Part shown: in pieces, positions 50,762 through 61,736 of the stretch
Numbering within the stretch: position 1 is the first letter of the stretch
Layout of the letters: each line of letters opens with the position of its first letter
NCBI GenBank assembly: GCA_026401035.1
Contig: JAPLNR010000065.1
Span: 3,969-67,968, forward strand
DNA length: 64,000 bases
Direction of reading: 5' to 3'
Source: Planctomycetia bacterium
GTDB taxonomy: Bacteria; Planctomycetota; Planctomycetia; Pirellulales; UBA1268
The notes under the pieces: generated by a model
The model's database searches: none
What the model saw: the letters and a program-made list of their open reading frames with translations, nothing else
What the model was told of the DNA's origin: nothing
Made by a program: the position numbers and the translations under genes

Positions 50762-52213
50762 TTGACGGGAATCGGTCGCCGGAGCGGATTGCCCGGACGA
50801 ATCGATGCCGGGTCTGACGCGGTCACGAAACTGTCGGGAACGATCCGCCCGCTGGTGTGGCTCGTTCTGCCCGTGCTCGTCGAGCAGTTGCTGGCCTTGT
50901 CGGTGGGGTTCACCGACAAGTGGCTGGCTGGCAACCTGCTCACCGGTGCCGAGTATCTGGCCGCCGTCGGCTTGGTGGCCTACTGCCTGGCCTTCCTGCC
51001 GGGGCTGTTCGCCATTCCGGCCGTTGCGGCCACGGCGCTCGTCGCCCGCAGCGTCGGGGCTGGCGATCTGCCGGCGGCACGGCGGGCGGCAATGCAGTCG
51101 CTTCTGCTCGGCGGCCTGCTCGCCGGTGTCGTGATACTCATGGCGCCCGTCGCCGGCCCCATATTTCTCGAGGCGCTGGGTCTGCCGGCGGAGAGTGCGG
51201 AACTCGCCCGCCGGTATCTGGGCATCGTGCTGCCCGCTGTGCCCGCGATCATGGTGATCCACGTCGGCGTGGCGGTGCTGCGCGGCGCAGGCGACATGGT
51301 GGCCGGCCTCGTGTCGATGTCGGTGGTGAACCTCGTCAACGCGGCCGCGAGTTATGCACTCGCCACGGGGCTCTGGGGGCTCCCAGCACTCGGCTGGGAA
51401 GGTCTCGCCTGGGGAACCCTCATCGGCTACTGCCTGGGTGCCGTATGCGTCGTGCTGCTGTTAGCCCGCCGTTCAAAAAGCCTCCGGCCGGGGGCCGCCG
51501 ACTGGCGGGTCGACCCTGCATGGCTGCGACGGATCATGCACGTGGGCGTTCCGGCAGGGATCGACGCCGTCGCCAATGCGGCCTGTCATCTCGGGTTTCT
51601 CTCGATCGTGAACCGCCTTGGCAACGTCGATGCCGCGGCCCACTCGGTGGCGATCACAATCGAGTCGCTGGCCTTTCTGCCGGGCAGCGCCTTTCAGGTC
51701 GCGGCCGCCACGCTCGCCGGACAGTTCCTCGGTGCCCGTGACGCGGTACGGGCGCGACGAAGTGTCTGGCTGGCCGCGATCGCCTGCCTGGGGCTGATGT
51801 CGGTGGCGGCAGGCATTTTCCTGGGGCAGGCAGACCGCCTGGCCGGCTGGTTCGTCGGCGGGGCCGGACGGCAGCCCGAGGTGGCAGGCCTCACCGCGAA
51901 ACTCGTCGGTATTGTCGCCTTTGCGCAACCCCCGCTCGCGATCCTGATGGTGCTCTCCGGGGGCCTGCGCGGAGCGGGCGCCACGCGGGCGGTGCTGACG
52001 GTCAATTTTCTCGGGTTGCTGCTCGTGCGGCTGCCGCTGGCAATGTTTCTCGCCTGGCCGGGCATCGCGCTGCCGGGCGGGCTGGGAACGGTTCCCGGGC
52101 TGGGGCTCGGGGTCGCCGGGGCGTGGTATGCGATGGCGGCCGATCTGACGGTCCGAGCCCTCGCGATCCTCATCATTTTCAAATGGGGCCGCTGGTCGCG
52201 CGAGGCGGTATGA
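50762..52213 (+). CDS. MATE family efflux transporter
   Basis: ~12 hydrophobic segments. Pattern LVLPVLVEQLL..SVG..D....G.L. Start uncertain; TTG at 50762 is the only upstream in-frame candidate. Confidence 0.75.
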   Translation: MTGIGRRSGLPGRIDAGSDAVTKLSGTIRPLVWLVLPVLVEQLLALSVGFTDKWLAGNLLTGAEYLAAVGLVAYCLAFLPGLFAIPAVAATALVARSVGAGDLPAARRAAMQSLLLGGLLAGVVILMAPVAGPIFLEALGLPAESAELARRYLGIVLPAVPAIMVIHVGVAVLRGAGDMVAGLVSMSVVNLVNAAASYALATGLWGLPALGWEGLAWGTLIGYCLGAVCVVLLLARRSKSLRPGAADWRVDPAWLRRIMHVGVPAGIDAVANAACHLGFLSIVNRLGNVDAAAHSVAITIESLAFLPGSAFQVAAATLAGQFLGARDAVRARRSVWLAAIACLGLMSVAAGIFLGQADRLAGWFVGGAGRQPEVAGLTAKLVGIVAFAQPPLAILMVLSGGLRGAGATRAVLTVNFLGLLLVRLPLAMFLAWPGIALPGGLGTVPGLGLGVAGAWYAMAADLTVRALAILIIFKWGRWSREAV

Positions 52214-52355
52214 ATTTTCTCCGGCATGGCCTTCGCGCCGGTTCACGCTACACTCGAAAAGCAAGTTGCGCACTGCAGCCCGGCGGTGTCCAGAATCGCC
52301 AAGACCGGCTGGACAAGCTGGACCAGCAGGACTTCGAAGATCACGAGGGTCATTG

Positions 52356-54278
<1,923 letters not shown>

Positions 54279-54310
54279 CTCGACCGCTGCGCACGGCGGT
54301 CATCTCGCCC

Positions 54311-54704
54311 AACCCGGCTGCGGGACGGCAGAAGTCTCCTTCGCGTGGATATTTCACACAGGGGTCGTGCGGGAGCTCTGGCCTCAAACGGGCGAAATCT
54401 CCAATGCTCGTCGAGCTTCCGCCGATCCCTTCGCCTGGCCGCTGGAGGTTGAAACCCGGCTGCGGGACGGCGGAAGTCTCCTTCGCGTGGATATTTCGCA
54501 CAGGGGTCGTGCGGGAGCTCTGGCCTCAACCGTGCGAAATCTCCAATGCTCGTCGAGCTTCCGCCGATCCCTTCGCCTGGCCGCTGGAGGTTGAAACCCG
54601 GCTGCGGGACGGCAGAAGTCTCCTTCGCGTGGATATTTCGCCTGGCCTCAACCGGGCGAAATCTCCAATGCTCGTCGAGCTTCCGCCGATCCCTTCGCCT
54701 GGCC
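54311..54704 (+). repeat. Family B: three tandem copies of a 142-bp hairpin-forming unit (the third is shortened to ~110 bp)
   Basis: Unit starts at 54311, 54453 and 54595, a period of exactly 142 bp. Near-identical units fill most of the speA-nadE spacer. Confidence 0.9.
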
Positions 54705-54815
54705 TTACCGGCATGCCGGATGTGATCGGGCAGGCTGTGTATGCTTTTCTGCCGCCCCGGCGACGCGCACCAGCCGGGTACAGCGACAGGACACCAGCCT
54801 GCGGGCCGGTTCATC

Positions 54816-56804
54816 ATGCACTTGATTCATGTCGGCGGAATCGCCCTCAACCAGACGCCGCTCGATTGGAACGGTAACCGCGATCGGATCATTGCGGCGC
54901 TCGACGTGGCGCGGCAGCGCGGCCTGTCGGTCGTCTGCCTGCCAGAACTCTGCATCTCTGGCTATGGCTGCGAAGACGCCTTTCTTTCGCCCGGCGTGCA
55001 GAAACTCGCGTGGCAGGTGCTTGAGGAGATCGAACCGCACACCCGGGGGATGATCGTGGCGGTCGGGCTTCCGGTGCGGTTCGAAAGCGGCCTCTACGAC
55101 GCCGCCGCACTCGTCGTCGACGGCCGCGTAGTCGGGCTCGCCTGCAAGCAGCATCTGGCGGGGGAGGGAATCCATTATGAGCCGCGCTGGTTTCGGCCCT
55201 GGCAGTCGGGCCGCCGGGCGGTGCTCGCGATCGGCGGCCGCAGCGTGCCGATCGGCGACCTGCGGTTCGACTGCGGCGGCGTGCGGATCGGCTTCGAGAT
55301 CTGCGAGGACGCCTGGGTCGCGAACCGTCCGGGGGCGCACCTTGCCGCGCGGGGCGTCGACATCATTCTCAATCCCTCGGCGAGCCATTTCGCGTTTGCA
55401 AAGGACGAGGTGCGGCGCCGGTTCGTGCTCGAGGGCTCCCGCGCCTTCGGAACGGCCTATGTCTACGCAAATCTGCTCGGCAACGAGGCGGGCCGCTCGA
55501 TCTATGACGGCGGCACGCTGATCGCGGCGGCGGGACGGATGGCGGCCGTCGGCAGGCGGTTCGCCTTCGGCGATGCTCTCTGCACCTCCGCCGTGGTCGA
55601 TCTCGACGCGACCCGACTGGCTCAGTCGCGGCTGGCGATCGAGCCCCTGGTGCTGGACGAGGACGAGCGAGTGTTCGTCGCCTTTGCACCGCCGACGGTG
55701 GCCCCCCAGGGCGAATCGCCGGCCGAGTCGGGCCGCGACCTCTGGGAACAGGGCGAGCATGTGAAGGAGGAGGAGTTCTGTCGGGCCGTGGCCCTGGGGC
55801 TCTTCGACTACCTCCGCAAAAGCCGCTCGCGCGGGTTTGTCGTTTCCGCCAGCGGTGGCGCCGACTCCTCGGCCGTGGCCTGTCTGGTGGCACTGGCGGT
55901 GCGGTTCGCCGTGTGCGAAATGTCACTTGGCGACGTGTCCCGGCGGCTGGGACTGCCGGCGTCGAACGGCTTGGACGTGCGACAACTCATCCGGCGGGTG
56001 CTCGTCTGCGTCTACCAGGCAACGGCCAATTCGGGCCCGGTGACGCGGCAGGCCGCCCGGGGCCTCGCCGAGGCGCTTGGCGCCGAATTCCACGAGTTCG
56101 ACGTCGAGGCCATCGTGCGTCGCTACATCGAGATCGTGTCGACGGCGGTGGGAAGGCCGTTGGATTGGGAGCATGACGACGTCGCGCTCCAGAACATCCA
56201 GGCCCGGGTTCGCGCCCCGGGCGTCTGGATGCTCGCCAACATCCGCGGCGCATTGCTCGTCTCCACCAGCAACCGGTCCGAGGCTGCCGTTGGCTACGCC
56301 ACGATGGATGGCGACACCTCCGGCGGCATCGCCCCGATTGCCGGCATCGACAAGGCCTACCTCCGCCGCTGGCTCCTCTGGCTCGAACGCAGCGGGCCGG
56401 AAGGCATCGGCCCGATCCCGGCCCTCGCCGCGGTGAACGTGCAGGCACCGACGGCTGAACTGCGGCCGGGCAGTGCCGGCCAGACCGACGAGGGCGACCC
56501 CATGCCCTATGACCTACTCGACTGCATCGAGCGGTTCGCGATTCGCGACAAGCAGACGCCGCTTGAAGTCTGGCAGCGGCTGCAGTGCGACTTCCCGCAG
56601 CACCCGCCGCGGCAACTGGGCGTCTGGACGGAGCGCTTCTTCACGCTCTGGAGCCGCAACCAGTGGAAGCGTGAGCGGTACGCGCCGTCGTTTCACCTCG
56701 ACGACGAAAACCTCGACCCCAAGACCTGGTGCCGGTTCCCGATCCTTTCCGGCAACTTCGCCCGCGAACTCGCCGAACTCCGCGACGTGGTCGGTTTGGG
56801 CTAG
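54816..56804 (+). CDS. nadE: glutamine-dependent NAD+ synthetase (CN-hydrolase domain + NAD synthase domain)
   Basis: LPELCISGYGCED, FEICED.W (nitrilase-type), VVSASGGADSS (PP-loop). Confidence 0.9.
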   Translation: MHLIHVGGIALNQTPLDWNGNRDRIIAALDVARQRGLSVVCLPELCISGYGCEDAFLSPGVQKLAWQVLEEIEPHTRGMIVAVGLPVRFESGLYDAAALVVDGRVVGLACKQHLAGEGIHYEPRWFRPWQSGRRAVLAIGGRSVPIGDLRFDCGGVRIGFEICEDAWVANRPGAHLAARGVDIILNPSASHFAFAKDEVRRRFVLEGSRAFGTAYVYANLLGNEAGRSIYDGGTLIAAAGRMAAVGRRFAFGDALCTSAVVDLDATRLAQSRLAIEPLVLDEDERVFVAFAPPTVAPQGESPAESGRDLWEQGEHVKEEEFCRAVALGLFDYLRKSRSRGFVVSASGGADSSAVACLVALAVRFAVCEMSLGDVSRRLGLPASNGLDVRQLIRRVLVCVYQATANSGPVTRQAARGLAEALGAEFHEFDVEAIVRRYIEIVSTAVGRPLDWEHDDVALQNIQARVRAPGVWMLANIRGALLVSTSNRSEAAVGYATMDGDTSGGIAPIAGIDKAYLRRWLLWLERSGPEGIGPIPALAAVNVQAPTAELRPGSAGQTDEGDPMPYDLLDCIERFAIRDKQTPLEVWQRLQCDFPQHPPRQLGVWTERFFTLWSRNQWKRERYAPSFHLDDENLDPKTWCRFPILSGNFARELAELRDVVGLG

Positions 56805-56894
56805 GACCGGTTTGGCTTTTTTGGCCGCCAAACCGGCCTCGCCCGGCCAGCCTGGGATTGCTAGAGTCCCGCCCACCTTCCCGGAGCCCCCAAC

Positions 56895-57812
56895 GTGCCA
56901 GCCATCACCTGCTGCCGCAGCCTGCGGACCGTCCTGTCCTTCGCCGTCGTCGTGGCAGCCTGGACGCCGTTCGCGTTCGCCCAGCAGCAGCAACCGCCGC
57001 AGCAGCAGGCTCCACCCCCGACCCAATCGCTCTCGCCCGAGCAGCAGGCCGCGCTCGACCGGCTGCTGGCTGCCTGGGAGGCCCGCAATGCCGCCGTCAC
57101 GACCTGGTCGTGCAGCTTCTACAAATGGGAATACAACGCCTGGAGTCCGGCCGATCCGAGTGGCGAGCGGCTGGCGTTTTCGGAGAGCGCGGGCGAAATC
57201 AAGTACGCCGCCCCCGACAAGGGGATGTTTCGCGTGAAGGATTCGAAGCAGTGGAACGGCGAGACGCGGCGGTATGAGCCGCGGGTGGGCGAGGCCGGGG
57301 AGCACTGGGTTTGCAACGGCGCGAGCATCTACGAATTTCGCCATACCGAGCGGCAGCTGCGCGAAACGCGGTTGCCGCCGGAGATGCGTGGCAAGGCGAT
57401 CAGCGACGGCCCGCTCCCGTTCGTCTTCGGGGCGAAGGCCGCCACGCTCAAGAATCGCTACACGATGCGGATCGTGACCCCGCCCGGGGTGAACGACCAG
57501 GTCTGGCTCGAGGCGCTGCCGCGGATGCAGGCCGACGCCGCCAATTTCTCGAAGGTGGAACTGATCCTGCAGGCGCGGGACCTCATGCCTTTCGCGATGC
57601 AGATCTACAAGCCTGGCGGCCAGGATCGCGACGTCTATCAGTTCGATCCCCGGACGAGCCTCATCGACAGGGGGCTCGACATGCTCCGCGATTTCTCCAA
57701 GCCGGTGACGCCGCTCGGCTACACGTTTATCCTGGAGGATGGCCAGGCTGGAGCAGCCCAAACGCAGCCCCAGCAGCCGGCGGGGCCGGCGTTGCTGCCC
57801 CGCGCCGGATAG
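56895..57812 (+). CDS. hypothetical secreted protein (Gln/Pro-rich linker, then a globular domain)
   Basis: GTG start, signal peptide ..AAWTPFAFA, coding bias. Possibly a LolA-like fold or planctomycete-restricted family; this is a weak recollection, not verified. Confidence 0.6.
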   Translation: MPAITCCRSLRTVLSFAVVVAAWTPFAFAQQQQPPQQQAPPPTQSLSPEQQAALDRLLAAWEARNAAVTTWSCSFYKWEYNAWSPADPSGERLAFSESAGEIKYAAPDKGMFRVKDSKQWNGETRRYEPRVGEAGEHWVCNGASIYEFRHTERQLRETRLPPEMRGKAISDGPLPFVFGAKAATLKNRYTMRIVTPPGVNDQVWLEALPRMQADAANFSKVELILQARDLMPFAMQIYKPGGQDRDVYQFDPRTSLIDRGLDMLRDFSKPVTPLGYTFILEDGQAGAAQTQPQQPAGPALLPRAG

Positions 57813-57912
57813 CCCGGTGCGTGGAGAAGTGCGGCATCTGGGGCGGCTGTTCGTCGGGCCCGCCGCCGGGGATATACTCACGGGCTTTCCGCCGTGCAGA
57901 AAAGAGAAACGA

Positions 57913-58398
57913 ATGTCGCTCGCCGATCCCAATCATCCTCTCGCCCAGTTGCTCAAGCACGACCTGCGGTACAAACTCGACGCCTATCTCTTCGTGCTCG
58001 AGTCGCTGCAGTTCGCCCAGGATTCGCTGGGCATGGGGGAGGAGCCGTCAGCGGAGGACATCGAGCCGCTGCGGGCCGGTGCGGATCCGGCGGCGAAGCC
58101 GCGGGCGCGGCCGGGCAAGCAGCGGCGGAAGCAGACCGAGCGTCATCTGACCGGTCAGCAACTCTGCGAGGCGGCCCGGCAATACGCCCTGCAGCAATAC
58201 GGATACATGTCCCGCACCGTGCTGGCCACCTGGGGCGTGCGCAGCACCGCCGACCTCGGCGAGATCGTCTTCAACATGATCGAGAGCGGGCAGATGCGGA
58301 AGACACGCAAGGACAAGCGGGAGGATTTCCACGACGTCTACGACTTCAGCGATGCCTTTTTGCGGGATCTGTCGTTCGTGGTTCCGGACAGCGTGTGA
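57913..58398 (+). CDS. conserved hypothetical protein (161 aa)
   Basis: Coding bias. It resembles the Verrucomicrobia/Planctomycetes-restricted 'Minf_1886-like' family from memory only (..HLTGQQLCEAAR.YA...YG.......WG.....D.G.IVF.MIE.G..). Confidence 0.6.
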   Translation: MSLADPNHPLAQLLKHDLRYKLDAYLFVLESLQFAQDSLGMGEEPSAEDIEPLRAGADPAAKPRARPGKQRRKQTERHLTGQQLCEAARQYALQQYGYMSRTVLATWGVRSTADLGEIVFNMIESGQMRKTRKDKREDFHDVYDFSDAFLRDLSFVVPDSV

Positions 58399-58400
58399 AC

Positions 58401-58496
58401 ATGCCATCCAGGCCGGCTTGGCTGCCGTTCATCCTGGCCTTCGTCGTGGAGGTTGCCTGGCTCGGCTTCCTCCTGTGGCTCGCGTTCGGCCGGTAG
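58401..58496 (+). CDS. candidate 31-aa single-TM peptide
   Basis: ATG lies 2 nt after the upstream TGA. MPSRPAWLPFILAFVVEVAWLGFLLWLAFGR is one hydrophobic helix. Too short for the ORF track. Confidence 0.3.
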   Translation: MPSRPAWLPFILAFVVEVAWLGFLLWLAFGR

Positions 58497-58538
58497 TCCG
58501 TGGCCCGTCCGCCGGGCTGCCGGTAGACTGTCGCCGTC

Positions 58539-59216
58539 ATGGACACCCTGCTCGATACGCTGCCGCTCTGGGCTGCCCTGCTGCCGTTGGGACTCTACCT
58601 TCTGGCGCTCGGCTGCGTGCATCTGCGCGGGCGGCCGCTCGTGCTGTCGGGGGTTTGGGACGGCATCCTGCTGGGCGGCAGCCTCGCCGGGCTGGCGCTC
58701 GTCGGGCCGCTGGCGCTCGTGCGGCCGGTGGTGGGCAGCCCGCTGTGGGGCTGGCTGATCGTGCTCCTGCTTTTCGGGCTGCTCGTGGCGCTCTGCGTGC
58801 TCGTCTCGAGGCCGCGGCTGATCGTCTACAACATCACGGTCGACCAGCTGCGGCCGCTCGTCGCTGAATTGGTTTCGGCCCTCGATCCGGCGGCCCGTTG
58901 GGCCGGGGAGAGTGCCGCCCTGCCCACCCGCGGGCTGCAGTTGCACATCGACGGCAATGGCTCGATGCGGAGCGTGAGCGTCGTGGCTGTGGGCGAACGG
59001 ATGTCGCTCGAGTCATGGGGCGAGTTCGGCCGCCGTCTGCGGCAGGGCGTCGCGCGGCTGCGGGTGCGATCGAGCCCCTGGGGCCCGATCTTCACGGCGG
59101 TCGGCGGGGCAGTCATCGTCCTGGCCGTCTGGAGCGCCTATGCGGCAGCCGTTCATTCCGCGGTCGATCCCCAGGAGACAACCGATGCCGGTGCACGTCG
59201 ATCTGTCGGCACATGA
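58539..59216 (+). CDS. hypothetical integral membrane protein (225 aa)
   Basis: Three or four hydrophobic helices plus a soluble middle domain. Coding bias. Its 3' end overlaps the pckA start by 32 nt. Confidence 0.55.
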   Translation: MDTLLDTLPLWAALLPLGLYLLALGCVHLRGRPLVLSGVWDGILLGGSLAGLALVGPLALVRPVVGSPLWGWLIVLLLFGLLVALCVLVSRPRLIVYNITVDQLRPLVAELVSALDPAARWAGESAALPTRGLQLHIDGNGSMRSVSVVAVGERMSLESWGEFGRRLRQGVARLRVRSSPWGPIFTAVGGAVIVLAVWSAYAAAVHSAVDPQETTDAGARRSVGT

Positions 59217-60768
59217 GATTCTCGTGCCCGCGGTGATCCGCAACGCCCCGCCCGCGCGGCTTTACGAAGACGCCGTCACACGCGAGGCTGCGGGCATCGT
59301 GTCGAGCGGTGCGATCGCGATCCGTTCGGGCGTGAAAACGGGCCGCAGCCCCAACGACAAGCACATCGTCCGCCACCCCGACTCGGAGCGGGACATCTGG
59401 TGGGGGACCGTGAACCATCCGGTCGACGAGCACACGTTCCTGCTCAACCGGCAGCGGGCGATCGATTACCTCAACACCCGCGATCGCATCTACGTCTGCG
59501 ACGGCTTCGCGGGCTGGGCTCCCGACAGCCGGATCAAGGTGCGGGTGCTCTGTTCCCGCGCCTATCACGCGCTCTACATGCAGAACATGCTGATCCGACC
59601 GACGCTCGACGAGCTCGAGCGTTTTGGGGCGCCCGACTACGTGATCTACAACGCCGGCCAGTTTCCCGCCAATCCGTTCACGGCCCAGATGACCAGCCGC
59701 ACGAGCATCGATCTCTCGTTCGAGCGTCGCGAGCAGGTGATCCTCGGCACCGAATACGCCGGTGAGATGAAGAAGGGCGTGTTCACGATCATGCACTGGC
59801 TGCTTCCGCAGCGCGGCGTGCTGTCGATGCACTGTTCGGCCAACGAGGGGCCGGCCGGCGACGTGTCGCTCTTCTTCGGGCTCTCCGGCACGGGGAAGAC
59901 GACGCTCTCCGCCGATCCGGCCCGGCGTCTGATCGGCGACGACGAGCACGGCTGGGGCGACCGGGGAGTCTTCAATATCGAGGGTGGTTGTTATGCGAAG
60001 TGCATCCATCTCTCCGCCGAGAAGGAGCCGGAAATCTTCAAGGCGATTCGCTTCGGCACGGTGCTCGAAAACGTCGTCTACGACGAGGACACGCGAACCG
60101 TCGACTACCAGTCGAGCGCGATCACGGAGAATACCCGGGCCGCCTATCCGATCGAATACATCGACAACGCGAAGGTGCCGTGCATGGGCGGCCATCCGCG
60201 GCACGTGATCTTTCTGACGTGCGACGCCTCGGGCGTGTTGCCCCCCGTGAGCCGGCTCTCGCCGGAGCAGGCGATGTATCATTTCCTCTCCGGCTACACC
60301 GCCCGCGTGGCGGGCACAGAGATGGGGATCGCCGAGCCGCAGGTGGCGTTCTCCGCCTGCTTTAGTGCCGCGTTCCTCGTGCGGCATCCGGCGGTCTACG
60401 CGCGGATGCTCGCCGAGCGGCTCGAGCGGCACCAAGCGCAAGCCTGGCTCGTCAACACGGGCTGGGTCGGTGGCGCCTACGGTCAGGGGCGGCGGATCGA
60501 CCTGGCCGTGACACGGCGGATCATCGATGCGATCCACTCCGGAGATCTCGACGCGGCTCCTGTCGAACGCGACGGCATCTTTGGCCTCGAAGCCGTGACC
60601 CGGGTGCCGGGCGTCGACGACCGCGTGCTCGTGCCGCAGTCCGCCTGGCCGAGTGCGGCCGCCTGGGATCAGGCGGCCCGCAAACTGGCCGCCAAATTCC
60701 GTGAAAACTTCCGGGTCTACGCTGATGAGGCCGGCGCCGACATCCTCGCCGCCGGGCCGATGCAATAA
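59185..60768 (+). CDS. pckA: phosphoenolpyruvate carboxykinase (ATP)
   Basis: TGRSP.DK..V, FFGLSGTGKTTLS, IGDDEHGW, NIEGGCYAK. aggag lies 7 nt upstream. Confidence 0.95.
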   Translation: MPVHVDLSAHEILVPAVIRNAPPARLYEDAVTREAAGIVSSGAIAIRSGVKTGRSPNDKHIVRHPDSERDIWWGTVNHPVDEHTFLLNRQRAIDYLNTRDRIYVCDGFAGWAPDSRIKVRVLCSRAYHALYMQNMLIRPTLDELERFGAPDYVIYNAGQFPANPFTAQMTSRTSIDLSFERREQVILGTEYAGEMKKGVFTIMHWLLPQRGVLSMHCSANEGPAGDVSLFFGLSGTGKTTLSADPARRLIGDDEHGWGDRGVFNIEGGCYAKCIHLSAEKEPEIFKAIRFGTVLENVVYDEDTRTVDYQSSAITENTRAAYPIEYIDNAKVPCMGGHPRHVIFLTCDASGVLPPVSRLSPEQAMYHFLSGYTARVAGTEMGIAEPQVAFSACFSAAFLVRHPAVYARMLAERLERHQAQAWLVNTGWVGGAYGQGRRIDLAVTRRIIDAIHSGDLDAAPVERDGIFGLEAVTRVPGVDDRVLVPQSAWPSAAAWDQAARKLAAKFRENFRVYADEAGADILAAGPMQ

Positions 60769-60815
60769 CGGAGCAGGGGCCGTGGCAATCCTGTTCGGCA
60801 CGGCCCTTGCACCCC

Positions 60816-60875
60816 GAGTAGGACAGGCTTCAGCCTGTCATGCCCTTGCCTGTGCTGATAACCCGCATTGGTCGC
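60816..60875. repeat. Family C element (copy C3): hairpin gacaggcttcagcctgtc at 60822-60839 plus a ~35-nt tail shared with copy C2
   Basis: Begins 48 nt after the pckA stop. The tail ..tgctga......attggtcgccggc matches 25231-25263. Confidence 0.65.
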
Positions 60876-60982
60876 CGGCGGCAGAAGTCTCCTTCGCGCT
60901 GCATTTTCTCCGCTGACGACCTACGGAGCTACCGACCCCAGAAGGTCGAAAATGCATGCGCTCGTCGAGCTTCCGCCGACCG
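60876..60982 (+). repeat. Family B hairpin repeat, solitary copy with a diverged distal stem
   Basis: ggcggcagaagtctccttcgcg and gctcgtcgagcttccgcc are shared with 54311-54704. The distal stem tgcattttc/gaaaatgca is perfectly complementary but differs from the other copies. Confidence 0.7.
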
Positions 60983-61158
60983 CCTCCTCAGAATCCTGAC
61001 CGATTTCTTCGGAAGCGAATCTAAAACCGCCTGTGAAAAAAGCGTCTACAGCTGCCCCCGGTGGTGGCCGGCGAGAGGCGAAGTTTTTGACTTGCCGGCC
61101 CGCCGTGATCTAGGATTAGGGGCCGTCGTCAGCCCCTCGCCTGCCTGGAGTCAAACCG

Positions 61159-61728
61159 ATGATGATTGCAAAACTGCTTGGTCTCTTCGCCCTCTGCTCG
61201 GTCTGTGCTGTCTTCGGGACGCAGGCCGCTCGAGCGGAGGCGGGATCGCCGCTCACCGGCGAAGTCAAGAAGATCGATGGCTCGGCCGTCGACCTTTCCA
61301 AGTACAACGGCAAGGTCGTGCTTGTCGTGAACGTGGCGAGCCGTTGTGGCTACACGCCGCAGTACGCCGGCCTCCAGAAACTCTATGACTCCTACAAGGA
61401 CAAGGGCCTGGTCGTGCTCGGCTTTCCGGCCAACGAATTTGGCGGGCAGGAGCCGGGGAGCGATACCGATATCGCGTCGTTTTGCTCGTCGAAATATGGC
61501 GTGACCTTCGACATGTTTTCGAAGATCGTCGTCAAGGGGCCGGAGAAGGCTCCGCTCTATAAGGCGCTCACGGAAAACGCCACGCCGGCGGGTGAGGTGT
61601 CGTGGAATTTCGAGAAGTTTCTCATCGGCCGCGACGGCAAGATTCTGGGGCGTTACAAGTCGGCCGTGGCACCCGACGATGCGAAGCTCACCGGTGCGAT
61701 CGAGGCCGCGCTGGGCAAGGCGGGCTGA
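61159..61728 (+). CDS. glutathione peroxidase (Cys type) with a signal peptide
   Basis: VLVVNVASRCGYTPQY, LGFP.NEFG.QEPG, WNFEKFL. The catalytic residue is encoded by TGT, not TGA. Confidence 0.9.
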   Translation: MMIAKLLGLFALCSVCAVFGTQAARAEAGSPLTGEVKKIDGSAVDLSKYNGKVVLVVNVASRCGYTPQYAGLQKLYDSYKDKGLVVLGFPANEFGGQEPGSDTDIASFCSSKYGVTFDMFSKIVVKGPEKAPLYKALTENATPAGEVSWNFEKFLIGRDGKILGRYKSAVAPDDAKLTGAIEAALGKAG

Positions 61729-61736
61729 GCGCCGGC

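Noticed and set aside
54311-54704. Possible CRISPR array
   Set aside because: The whole 142-bp unit repeats head-to-tail with no unique spacers. There are no cas genes in the window, and copies also occur singly and inverted elsewhere.
60840-61388. 182-aa ORF covering the repeats downstream of pckA and the 5' part of gpx out of frame
   Set aside because: Its N-terminal half is a translation of family C and B repeats, and its C-terminal half is off-frame to a clear glutathione peroxidase gene.
61159-61728. Possible selenocysteine-containing glutathione peroxidase
   Set aside because: The catalytic position reads ASRCGYT with a TGT Cys codon. There is no in-frame TGA.
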